From an uncultured Nitrososphaerales archaeon (GTDB taxonomy: Archaea > Thermoproteota > Nitrososphaeria > Nitrososphaerales > Gagatemarchaeaceae): a stretch of 64,000 bases of DNA. The notes beneath the pieces were generated by a model. That model was not told where the DNA came from, searched no databases, and saw nothing but the letters and a program-made list of their open reading frames with translations. Below are positions 1 to 8,432 of the stretch, in pieces (the stretch's first letter is position 1; every line of letters starts with the position of its first letter). The position numbers were made by a program, and so were the translations under genes. The stretch lies in assembly GCA_963706445.1 (NCBI GenBank), contig OY970160.1, positions 1,728,001-1,792,000 of the forward strand, read 5' to 3'.

Positions 1-647
1 GGGTCGAGGACGGTCTGACAGGGCTTCAAGTCCGCCAAGTTCACCAGGGTCCGAGCCAGGCGCGGAGACATCGCGATGTCCGAATGGGGGATCGGCTTCT
101 GCGTCCCCCTCTTCTTCATGGTGACGGAGTCGGGGACCCATGCGGTGGGGCCGAGGCCAAACCCGTCGTGATATGGGAAGGCGACAACGTCGAAGGCCTC
201 TCTGGCCAGCACCCTTTCGGCCTGGAGTTCGTTCGCAGTGGGCCTTAGGAGCCTCACTTTCTTGAGCCCAGACGCCCTCACTCCGTCGAGGATTGATCTC
301 ACAAGGTCTTCGTAATCGTCTTCGTCCATGCCGTACCCGCTGAGAGAGATGTTCGACTTGTCTTCGAGGTTCGAAGTCATGACGTCGAGGAGGCCCGTTA
401 GGTCCCCTGTGGTCGAATCAGGCTCGGCGAGCAGTGGGGCGCATTTGTGGACCCCGGAGAGTTCAGGGATTCGATCGGACGCGAAGTGGTCGACGTGAAG
501 GACAGAAACCCTGTCGCTCGGAGCCTCGGCTTGCCGGACCGAGCCTCTGAGTACGGTGCACGCCTCTAGGATTGAAAGCCGCCCGAAGGCCTGGACGAGG
601 ATGAGCCTGTCCGCCTTGAGGAAGGAAGACGGGAGGACGAAGGGCAT
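1..647 (-). CDS. Putative tRNA/RNA methyltransferase, Trm11/UPF0020-like (partial, runs off window start)
   Basis: Manually translated ORF from ATG at 647: MPFVLPSSFLKADRL...KPIPHSDIAMSPRLARTLVNLADLKPCQTVLDP. The ending resembles the 'sM.P.lAr.lvnLa...g..vLDP' entry into the SAM-binding motif of Trm11-like MTases. Confidence 0.65.
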   Translation of the reverse strand, partial: MPFVLPSSFLKADRLILVQAFGRLSILEACTVLRGSVRQAEAPSDRVSVLHVDHFASDRIPELSGVHKCAPLLAEPDSTTGDLTGLLDVMTSNLEDKSNISLSGYGMDEDDYEDLVRSILDGVRASGLKKVRLLRPTANELQAERVLAREAFDVVAFPYHDGFGLGPTAWVPDSVTMKKRGTQKPIPHSDIAMSPRLARTLVNLADLKPCQTVLD

Positions 648-686
648 TGTTCAGCGAGCCAATGGGGGCGGGCTAAAACCTATGGG

Positions 687-1997
687 TCAGATGACCCATT
701 CTTCTCTTTCGACGCTGCGCTTCTCGAAGCCGATCCTCGCAGTGCCGTACGGGACCTCGCCATAGAGCATCGCCTCGTCCTGACCCCGATACAGGGCGTC
801 GACTATCCTCCCCAGAGAGTCCCCTTTCATAATCCCACTCCCGCTGTCCCCTCCCACGACGATGAGGTTCCCCTCCCTGAAGGCGAATGGGGTGCTGTCG
901 AGTGTGTTGTAGGAGTAGAGGCCCGCCCACATCGCCCGGAGCTGGACACCTTTGAAATCGGGGAAGTAAGAAGTCAGTATCGGGTAGACGCTCCGCTCGT
1001 AGTATTCCCTCTCTGCCTGGTATTTCTCGAGGTCGTGCTCGGGGAGGTCGATGAAGGGCCTGTTGACCTGGTCCTCGCAGGCCGCCCAGAAGTTGCCTTC
1101 TTCGCTGACGGGTTTGAAATGCACCCCGGACTTCGGCAGGATGACGAGCGGCAGGAGGCCCAGGGGGTTGAACCCCCTGGCGTGGAAAAGGGCGTCGAGC
1201 TTGTCCCCCTTGGACTGGATGCTGAAGAGCTGCCTCTTCTTCGCCTTTACGTGGCTCTCGATTCCTATCGGCTCGAGCAGCTCGTTCTCCCAGGCCCCTC
1301 CGGCGAGGACCACCGTCTCGGCTTTGACCACCCCGGAACTGCTCGTCGCCACACCGTCCACCTTTGATTCCTGCCAGACGAACGGCTCCCCCTCGATGCC
1401 AAGGGGCTTCGAAGGCCCAACCATCAGCGCGGTCACTTCTGTGTTGAGCAAAAGCTGTCCCCCCATCCTCTGGAACTCGCCGGCGTAGAACCTGACGAGT
1501 TTGTCCGGGTCGAGTCTGCCGCACTTGGGCCCGAAGACCCCTCCGTCCACGGGGGGGAGGTCCATCAGCGCGGCTTCCTCGTCAGAGTCGAATTCTGTCA
1601 CCATGTTTGGGAGGAGCCGCTTCAGCGCTGGCCTGTCGTGCGTAACGGTCTCGATGCCGCTTCGCTCCATCAGCCGCAGGTAAGGCTCGCTCTTGCTGAG
1701 CTGGGCTTCGTTCATCAGCCAGAGATATCCGATCTTCTGCAGCCCGACGTCCGTCTTCAATTCGTCCTGGACATGCGTGTAGAAATCGATGGATGAGTTC
1801 GAGAGTATCTGGTTGTCCCGGGAGGAGAATGTGTTCCTGAACATGGCGTTGCTCCGTCCTGTGTTCCCCTGGCCGGCTCCACCATACCTGTCGATTACTA
1901 GGACCCTCTTCTGCGGGTTGTTCTTCTTCAGGTGATAAGCGGACGCCATCCCCATTATACCTGCCCCGATGACCGTTACATCTGCCTCTGTCGCCAA
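687..1997 (-). CDS. FAD-dependent oxidoreductase (DAO / sarcosine oxidase beta family)
   Basis: N-terminal VIGAGIMG Rossmann motif, GNTGRSNA, WAGLY, GDSGSGIM. Confidence 0.85.
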   Translation of the reverse strand: MATEADVTVIGAGIMGMASAYHLKKNNPQKRVLVIDRYGGAGQGNTGRSNAMFRNTFSSRDNQILSNSSIDFYTHVQDELKTDVGLQKIGYLWLMNEAQLSKSEPYLRLMERSGIETVTHDRPALKRLLPNMVTEFDSDEEAALMDLPPVDGGVFGPKCGRLDPDKLVRFYAGEFQRMGGQLLLNTEVTALMVGPSKPLGIEGEPFVWQESKVDGVATSSSGVVKAETVVLAGGAWENELLEPIGIESHVKAKKRQLFSIQSKGDKLDALFHARGFNPLGLLPLVILPKSGVHFKPVSEEGNFWAACEDQVNRPFIDLPEHDLEKYQAEREYYERSVYPILTSYFPDFKGVQLRAMWAGLYSYNTLDSTPFAFREGNLIVVGGDSGSGIMKGDSLGRIVDALYRGQDEAMLYGEVPYGTARIGFEKRSVEREEWVI

Positions 1998-2045
1998 ATC
2001 GGAACGCTCGGCCAGCCGAGTTCCTTTATCCTTTGTGCGGGCGAG

Positions 2046-2576
2046 CTACTTGATGATGTAGAGCGAAAGGTTCTGGCCGGCGTCCCTCGAGACGGGTGTC
2101 CACCCGTCAAAAGTCCAGACGTGTGATACTACCCTGGTACCCGGCTTGAGCTCGGCAAGGAGCTTCGACTCCAGTTTCCGGTTCGCCCCCTGCGAAAGGA
2201 AGACGGTCACTATGGTGGCCTCCCTGAGGTCGACGTTGAAGAAGTTCCCCCACACGACGCGCACCCTGTCCTTCAGATGGAGTAGTGAGATGGCCAGCCT
2301 GGAGATGAGGACCCTGAGTGGGTCTGCCTCAACCCCCACCGCCCTCGCGTGATAGGTTCTCGCCGCTTCCACGACTATCCGCCCGTCTCCAGAACCGAGG
2401 TCGTACACGACGTCGGAGGGGCCCGCTCCCGTCATCTCGAGCATTCTCCTGACCCGCTTTCGCGAGGTGGGCTCCCAGCCGGCTCCGAGGGGCGCAGACC
2501 AGATGACGAAGATCCCGAAGGCCAGGGCCGAGATGATTATCGCCCAAATCCACAAAGGCGCCAAGCATAACCACAT
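2046..2576 (-). CDS. Class I SAM-dependent methyltransferase with N-terminal membrane anchor
   Basis: Hydrophobic N-terminus; VYDLGSGDGRIV motif I; ELKPGTRVVSH. Confidence 0.85.
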   Translation of the reverse strand: MWLCLAPLWIWAIIISALAFGIFVIWSAPLGAGWEPTSRKRVRRMLEMTGAGPSDVVYDLGSGDGRIVVEAARTYHARAVGVEADPLRVLISRLAISLLHLKDRVRVVWGNFFNVDLREATIVTVFLSQGANRKLESKLLAELKPGTRVVSHVWTFDGWTPVSRDAGQNLSLYIIK

Positions 2577-2647
2577 ATTCCACGGAGAATGAAAGCGTTT
2601 TCCATTTTCTAGAAAAGCCGATTAGCCCCCAGGCCAAGGCCCGAGTC

Positions 2648-3379
2648 GTGGCGAAGGGCGTCCGCCAGTATGAGGAGCTGGCGAAGTATTACGACCTGCT
2701 TTACGAGTGGAAGGACTACAAGAAGGAAGGGAAGATACTCGCGTCACTGATCCAGAGGTACAAGACATCCGCGGGAAGCGACCTCCTGGACGTGGGGTGC
2801 GGCACGGGGAAACACATCGCGCAACTCCGGGGCCGCTTCGACTGTGTCGGGATGGACGCGAGCGAGGCCATGCTGCACGTGGCGAAAAGGAATGTGCGAG
2901 GGGTCGAATTCATTCTGGGGGACATGACAGATTTCGACCTAGGGAGGAAGTTCGACGTAATACTCTGCCTTTTCAGTGCCATCGGATTCGTGAGGACCTA
3001 CTCGAAGCTAGCTAGGACCCTCCGCAACTTCGCCGGGCATCTCGATGAAGGAGGGGTGGTCATAATCGAGCCTTGGTTCACAAGGACGACGGTCGAAGAC
3101 GAGCACGTTAGCGTGCTGACTCAGGGTTCAGACGACCTCAAGATCGCAAGGGTGGACCACAGCTATGTGAAGGACGGTCTCTCAATCATAGATGAGAGAA
3201 TCGTCGTGGCAGAGAAAGGAATCGGGATAAGGTCATACAGAGACCGCATGGTACTGGCCCTTTTCGAAAGGGATGAGTTCCTGAAACTGATGAGGCAGGC
3301 GGGCCTACAGGCGAGGTACCTCAAGAAATCGCTAGCCCCTGGAAGAGGGCTCTACGTCGGGACTCCGCCGAAAAAGTAG
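2648..3379 (+). CDS. Class I SAM-dependent methyltransferase
   Basis: LLDVGCGTGKH; GMDASEAML; GDMTDF; FDVILC. Confidence 0.9.
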   Translation: MAKGVRQYEELAKYYDLLYEWKDYKKEGKILASLIQRYKTSAGSDLLDVGCGTGKHIAQLRGRFDCVGMDASEAMLHVAKRNVRGVEFILGDMTDFDLGRKFDVILCLFSAIGFVRTYSKLARTLRNFAGHLDEGGVVIIEPWFTRTTVEDEHVSVLTQGSDDLKIARVDHSYVKDGLSIIDERIVVAEKGIGIRSYRDRMVLALFERDEFLKLMRQAGLQARYLKKSLAPGRGLYVGTPPKK

Positions 3380-3455
3380 GGGCCCCAAATCTCCTATTCG
3401 TGGTCTCTTAACGTGAGCCCCCTTATAATCGGAAGAACCCGGACTTTTTCCAAGG

Positions 3456-4703
3456 TTGAACAGAAACATCAGGTTTCTCGGGTTCGGCGCCGCCATCAGA
3501 GCCCTCGGGGTCGCCATGCTCACCCCTTTCATCGGGATCTACATGCGCAGGGTGGTTGGGCTCGACTTCCTGACCATAGGCCTCCTCATCATTGTCATCG
3601 GAATAATCCCGCTGATTATCTCGCCCTTCGGCGGCCTAGTGACCGACAGGATTGGCAGACGCAGGCTGTTCCTGACGATGCTCGGGGTCGAGGCGTTGAG
3701 CATTGGGCTGGTGGGCGTCTCTATGCTCTATGCATCTGTGGCTGGGATCATCATCTCCGCCGCTTTGGCCAACCTTGCCGGAGGCGCGCTGGCCGGCCCT
3801 GCGCTGTCGGCGTACACAGCCGACCTGACTACGACCCCTGAGCGGAGTCAGGCGTTCAGCTGGCAGAGGATAGGATTCAACGGTGGCTATGTCGCTGGAG
3901 TTATCGCCGGCGGATACCTTACCGTCGCCATAGGGTATTCTGCCGCGGGGTTCCTAGCTTCCGCCATCATGGGAGTAGCGGTGGTGTTGCTTACCCTGGT
4001 GCTTTCTCCTTCCCCTTACGATCTGGCCATGGCAAAGGGCGGCTCGCTCGATGGCGGCCCCCCACCTCAGGGCCCGTCGTCTATGAGACAGAGCGCAAGG
4101 ATACTGGCTAACGACAGGGGATTCCTCCTGTTCTGCCTGGCCTTCTTCCTCGCGACCTTGGCAGAAGCACAGTGGGCTACCATCCTGCCACTTTATGTCG
4201 GGACTGTCCTTGGTGTCCCCAACAATTTGCTTGGGGTGGCTCTAGCCCTCAACGGATTGGTAGTCGTCCTGGGACAGAAACAAATCACGAAGTGGGCGAC
4301 GGGACACCTTCACACCTCGTCGGCCAACGCTTCCATCCTGCTCTATGTCGCGGCATACCTTACCTTGGGGGCATTAGGGCTGGGTTGGTCAGGGTGGGGG
4401 GTCTTCGCCGTGGTGTTAATCGCCATAGTGATCCTGACGATTGGTGAGAACTTCGCTGCCATACCCCAGATGACGCTGCCGTCGAACCTTGCCCCGCCGA
4501 CAGAGATAGGGTCATACAACGGGGTGTTCGGGTTGTTTGCAGGGGCAGGGTATGTGTTCGCACCAGCACTTGGCGGGGCGGCCTTGCAGGCAACGAGCAA
4601 CACCCTGCTCGCCTGGGCGCTGATGATGATCCCTGCCATCCCGGCGTTCGTGTTGTTCACGAAGCTCGGCAAGCGCCTGCCGAGGGCCTCCAATACCGTC
4701 TAA
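3456..4703 (+). CDS. MFS transporter
   Basis: About 12 hydrophobic segments; MFS motif A GLVTDRIGRRR. Confidence 0.9.
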   Translation: MNRNIRFLGFGAAIRALGVAMLTPFIGIYMRRVVGLDFLTIGLLIIVIGIIPLIISPFGGLVTDRIGRRRLFLTMLGVEALSIGLVGVSMLYASVAGIIISAALANLAGGALAGPALSAYTADLTTTPERSQAFSWQRIGFNGGYVAGVIAGGYLTVAIGYSAAGFLASAIMGVAVVLLTLVLSPSPYDLAMAKGGSLDGGPPPQGPSSMRQSARILANDRGFLLFCLAFFLATLAEAQWATILPLYVGTVLGVPNNLLGVALALNGLVVVLGQKQITKWATGHLHTSSANASILLYVAAYLTLGALGLGWSGWGVFAVVLIAIVILTIGENFAAIPQMTLPSNLAPPTEIGSYNGVFGLFAGAGYVFAPALGGAALQATSNTLLAWALMMIPAIPAFVLFTKLGKRLPRASNTV

Positions 4704-4706
4704 CCC

Positions 4707-5420
4707 TCATTTCTTGCCATGAAGCTTCTCTTCCAGTCGCTTGGCCAGGAGCGCGTTCTCCCCACTTTCGTCGTGCCTTAGATAGACGTAGCACTCGTCG
4801 ACTCCTTCGGCGGTTTTGAGAATCTTGGTGGACCATTCATCGATGGCGGCCTTGTCGTAGGAGTCCTTCCTCAGCCTGAAGTAAGCCATGCTCCCCGTGA
4901 CCTTGAGGGTGGGTTTCATGTCCTCGGTGTCCGCGATACAGAACCCTGCGCCATGCTCCTCGAGGAGGTCGTAGGTGGCTTCGTCGAGCCAGGACTCGTG
5001 CCTGAACTCGAACACCTTCGGCTCCACCTCTGAGGTGTGGGAAAGGAACCCGTCGAGGACCTCGCGGTTGAACTTCGAGAACGGCGGGAGCTGGAAAAGT
5101 ATGGGGCCCCTTCGGGGTCCAAGCGACTCGAGGGTCCCTGAGAGCCTGTTGGCGGCTTCGTACGATCCTCCGCCAAGCCTCGACATGTGGGTGATGAGCC
5201 GGGGAGATTTGAGGGAGAACCGAAATTGCTCCGTCGTCTTCGCCGCCCACCCATTTACCATCGCCGCGCTCGGGGCGGCATAGAACGAGCTGTTGATCTC
5301 GACGCTTCCCAGGCGCTCGGCATAGAGCCGCAGGTAGTCCTCGCTCTTCGCCTCCTTTGGATAGAACGTCCCTTTCCAGCTGGCATAGCTGAAGCCTGAG
5401 ACCCCGACAAAGGATTCCAT
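4707..5420 (-). CDS. DUF72 (YecE/YunF-like TIM-barrel) protein
   Basis: VGVSGFSYASWKGTFYP, VEINSSFY, FSLKSPRLITH, LFQLPP, FEFRHESW, YFRL; start taken at ATG 5420 (MESF). Confidence 0.9.
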   Translation of the reverse strand: MESFVGVSGFSYASWKGTFYPKEAKSEDYLRLYAERLGSVEINSSFYAAPSAAMVNGWAAKTTEQFRFSLKSPRLITHMSRLGGGSYEAANRLSGTLESLGPRRGPILFQLPPFSKFNREVLDGFLSHTSEVEPKVFEFRHESWLDEATYDLLEEHGAGFCIADTEDMKPTLKVTGSMAYFRLRKDSYDKAAIDEWSTKILKTAEGVDECYVYLRHDESGENALLAKRLEEKLHGKK

Positions 5421-5511
5421 GAGACTACCATCCCGGGCCTGCGGAAAAATCTTCTCGGAGCTTCCAAGTTTAGTAATCTTAATTATCTCGCGAAGGCCCT
5501 GAAGGGGTAGA

Positions 5512-6357
5512 ATGCCGAAGAAAGACATCTTCTCCGAGGTAGAGAAGCAGGCAGACAGCGCCGCCGTCTCGCGTGCTTCATGGCGCGGAGTCCTGAGCCT
5601 GAACATCCCCACACTAGGGCTGGGCGCCGTCGAGTACCACCTCAGGGCTGCGAAGGCTCATGGGGACCTCCAGCCGGTCAAAGTCGTCAAGCTGGAGAAG
5701 AAGAGCGGCAAGGAGGTCGTGAGCAGGGAGGTCCCGAGAATCTACCGCTACAAAGAGGGACCCAACGGGGAGAGGCTCGACGTCCAAGAGGTCACCCCTG
5801 AAGAGGCGAAGAAGTTCGTCCGCTACAAAGGGGACTTCCCCATAACCGTCAGGACGGAAAAGCGATACTTTCTGAAATACGAATTGGAGTTCACTGGAAA
5901 ATGGATGGAGGTGCCGCTGGACCAGATCGTCGACAAGCAGGAGGGGGAGGAGGTCGAGCCTTTCGAACGGACGACCAAGATCGAAGTGGACCCCGACGGA
6001 TTCGTCCCCATCGAGAGAGTCTCGGAGTACAAATTCAAGGAGGTGTATCAGCTCGCCCCGGACACCGACAAGAAAGTCGGGGAGACCAACTCGAGGGTCA
6101 CTCAGCTCGCCAGGTACCTCACAGAGAAGGACATGGCGCTGGTGGCTTTCTTTTCGTGGGGGAGGGGTTACAACTTTTACACCAGCGTCGTCTATCCCTA
6201 CGAAAGGAAGGACGGAAGGCTCTGGCTCTTGATGGGTCTGAGCGAGGGGATACTGAAGCTGGACGACGCCTGGGCGCTGGCGGAGGAGAAGGGATCGTCA
6301 AGGCTCCCTGCCGTCCCCGTCGCTCGGAAGAAGCCGAAGATAGTGCTCTCGAAGTAG
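5512..6357 (+). CDS. ku: Divergent Ku-like DNA end-binding protein
   Basis: RASWRGVLSL (cf. R.iWkG.isf); ERTTKIEV..GFVPIERVSEYKFKEVYQLAPD (cf. eieI.eFVp...idp.yf.k.YyL.Pd); LARYLTEKDMALVAFF (cf. La.aL.et...aia.f); directly upstream of a DNA ligase. Confidence 0.7.
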   Translation: MPKKDIFSEVEKQADSAAVSRASWRGVLSLNIPTLGLGAVEYHLRAAKAHGDLQPVKVVKLEKKSGKEVVSREVPRIYRYKEGPNGERLDVQEVTPEEAKKFVRYKGDFPITVRTEKRYFLKYELEFTGKWMEVPLDQIVDKQEGEEVEPFERTTKIEVDPDGFVPIERVSEYKFKEVYQLAPDTDKKVGETNSRVTQLARYLTEKDMALVAFFSWGRGYNFYTSVVYPYERKDGRLWLLMGLSEGILKLDDAWALAEEKGSSRLPAVPVARKKPKIVLSK

Positions 6358-6364
6358 CATCAGA

Positions 6365-7198
6365 TTGAGCGAAGAACTCCCGATATACGTCCAGGAGAAC
6401 TACTCCAAGGCGGTCAAGCTCGAGCTCGGCACTTGGCTGAGCAAGAACCCCCTCCCTAGTCTCGTCGAGCCGAAGTATGACGGCATCAGGGTTTTCCTCT
6501 TCAAGAGTGGGGACAAGCTGGTCCTCTCCAGCAAGCATGGGGGGATTTATACCCCGAAGAGCACTCCCCAGGTCTTCTCCAGGGTGCCTGAGTTCCTCCA
6601 CTCCCCGAACCGGATGATTCTAGATGGAGAGTATGTGGCCAAGGAGGCGAAGGGACTCCGCCTCTTCGACGTGCTTCAGGTGGACAACAGGGACATCAGA
6701 CCAAAGCCCCTCACCGAGAGGAAGAAGATACTCAAAGAGATACTCAGGGGGACAGGGCTCGCGGTCCCTTGCACCCTCGCCCGCTCGGTGGACAGAATCA
6801 ACGAGCTGAGGGACGAAGAGGTCAAGGGGGGACGGGAGGGGGTCGTCGTGAAGAACCCCCAGTCAAGCTACGGGCAGCCGAGCTCGTGGCTGAAGCTCAA
6901 GAAGTTCGACACCATCGACGTCTTCGTCACAGGCTTCGTAGAAACGACAGAGATGAGGAAGACAGGGATTGCCCGGTCGTGGTCGGTGGCAGTCTACGAT
7001 GACAGTGGAGATGTGGTGGAGCTAGGGAACGTTGGATCCACTGTGGAGAAGGTCGACCCGCGGAGGATCAAGAAAGGGTTGGTGATCGAAGTCAGGTTCC
7101 AGGAGGTCACTAGGGACAGGAAGCTCAGGGCCCCCTTCGTAATCAGGATTAGGCACGACAAGACCCCCGATGAATGCAAGCTGGACCAGATAGTTTAG
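6365..7198 (+). CDS. Minimal ATP-dependent DNA ligase (adenylation + OB domains; LigC/LigD-ligase-like)
   Basis: Motif I EPKYDGIR, III ILDGEYV, IIIa LFDVL, IV REGVVVKN, V WLKLKK, VI LRAPFVIRIRHDK; no N-terminal DNA-binding domain. Confidence 0.92.
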   Translation: MSEELPIYVQENYSKAVKLELGTWLSKNPLPSLVEPKYDGIRVFLFKSGDKLVLSSKHGGIYTPKSTPQVFSRVPEFLHSPNRMILDGEYVAKEAKGLRLFDVLQVDNRDIRPKPLTERKKILKEILRGTGLAVPCTLARSVDRINELRDEEVKGGREGVVVKNPQSSYGQPSSWLKLKKFDTIDVFVTGFVETTEMRKTGIARSWSVAVYDDSGDVVELGNVGSTVEKVDPRRIKKGLVIEVRFQEVTRDRKLRAPFVIRIRHDKTPDECKLDQIV

Positions 7199-7207
7199 GG
7201 CTCGGGC

Positions 7208-7750
7208 TTGTCGTACAAGAAGGACATCAGACTCGAGGACGCCAGGAAGATAGCCCTGGACTTCCAGTCCAAGACGGAGGACCTGTACAGGAAGTGCCTC
7301 CTCGCCGGGAGCGTCAGGAGGAAGGAGCCAATCGTCCATGACGTCGACTTCGCCGTCATCCCCAAGGGAAAGAACTTCGGATTGTGGAAAGACGAGGTGA
7401 CCCAGAGGGTAGTGGGGATGAGAGGGAGGGTGACGTCGTTCGGGGAGACGATTTCGAATTTCATCTACAAAGGGGTGCAGGTCAACCTGTTCCTCTGCCA
7501 GAATGTGGACGCCTGGGGGGTGACCCAGATGTGGGCGACCGGGCCGAAGGGGCACACGATAGGGATGACGATCAAGGCCAGGGACAAGGGCCTGGTGATC
7601 AACTCGAAGGGGTTGTGGACCAGGGACGACCCGCCCAAGCTGGTCAGGACGAAGACGGAAGAAGACGTGGGAAGGATTCTGGACTGGAAGTACAAGCCTC
7701 CAGAGGCGAGGGGGAAGGCCGACAAGAAAGCCCCGAAGTTCGATTGGTAG
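7208..7750 (+). CDS. polX: Minimal X-family DNA polymerase-like nucleotidyltransferase (ASFV Pol X-like, palm + C-terminal domain only)
   Basis: AGSVRR..E..VHDVDF, WATGPKGH, LVINSKGLW, TEEDVGRILDWKYKPPEAR; 180 aa. Confidence 0.85.
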   Translation: MSYKKDIRLEDARKIALDFQSKTEDLYRKCLLAGSVRRKEPIVHDVDFAVIPKGKNFGLWKDEVTQRVVGMRGRVTSFGETISNFIYKGVQVNLFLCQNVDAWGVTQMWATGPKGHTIGMTIKARDKGLVINSKGLWTRDDPPKLVRTKTEEDVGRILDWKYKPPEARGKADKKAPKFDW

Positions 7751-7810
7751 ACGGGTCGGACGCTTGAAGCTTAATTAGGGGTCTCGGGCGCGCGGTCGTT
7801 CTGACCTGAA

Positions 7811-8335
7811 ATGCACGGCTCCAACTATCGCCAGCAGAAGGGGCAGTTCTATTCGAAGAAGTTCGCACCTGGCGCGCCCAACCCCAAGGTGGCGCGTTTC
7901 ACGACAGGCAAGAGCAGGCTGGACTACGACTTCATGTTCAAGCTAATTTCCGATGGTAAGGTCCAGGTTAGGCACAACGCCCTCGAAGCAGCCAGGGTGG
8001 CAGCAAGCAAGAAGGTGGTTCTTGTCGGTGAAGAGAACTTCCTGCTGAAGGTCATATGCTACCCCCACCTTGTCCTCAGAGAGAACAAGATGATTGCGAC
8101 GGCAGGGGCGGACCGTCTGCAGGAAGGGATGCGCAAAGCCTTCGGGAAGCCCATCGGCCTCGCGGCCAGGGTGGGCATAGGCGATGAGGTGCTCGAGCTC
8201 AGCCTCAAGGCGGAGAACTTCGAGAAGGGGAAGGAGGCCATGTGGGCCGCCGCGACGAAGCTCCCCATGAAGACCCACACTGAGATTGTAAAGCTGGAGC
8301 ACGCCGTAGTTGCACCTGCCGAGCCAGCGGCGTAA
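7811..8335 (+). CDS. rpl10e: 50S ribosomal protein L10e (uL16)
   Basis: QVRHNALEAARVAA, YPHLVLRENKMIATAGADRLQEGMRKAFGKPIG. Confidence 0.97.
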   Translation: MHGSNYRQQKGQFYSKKFAPGAPNPKVARFTTGKSRLDYDFMFKLISDGKVQVRHNALEAARVAASKKVVLVGEENFLLKVICYPHLVLRENKMIATAGADRLQEGMRKAFGKPIGLAARVGIGDEVLELSLKAENFEKGKEAMWAAATKLPMKTHTEIVKLEHAVVAPAEPAA

Positions 8336-8432
8336 TGGCGCCCTCGTAGAGACCGTTTCAATTCCTGCAGGAAGTATATAATGGGCCCACGCAGGCCGAA
8401 TTTGGAAACCGGAGTATCTGGATGTCAGTTCT

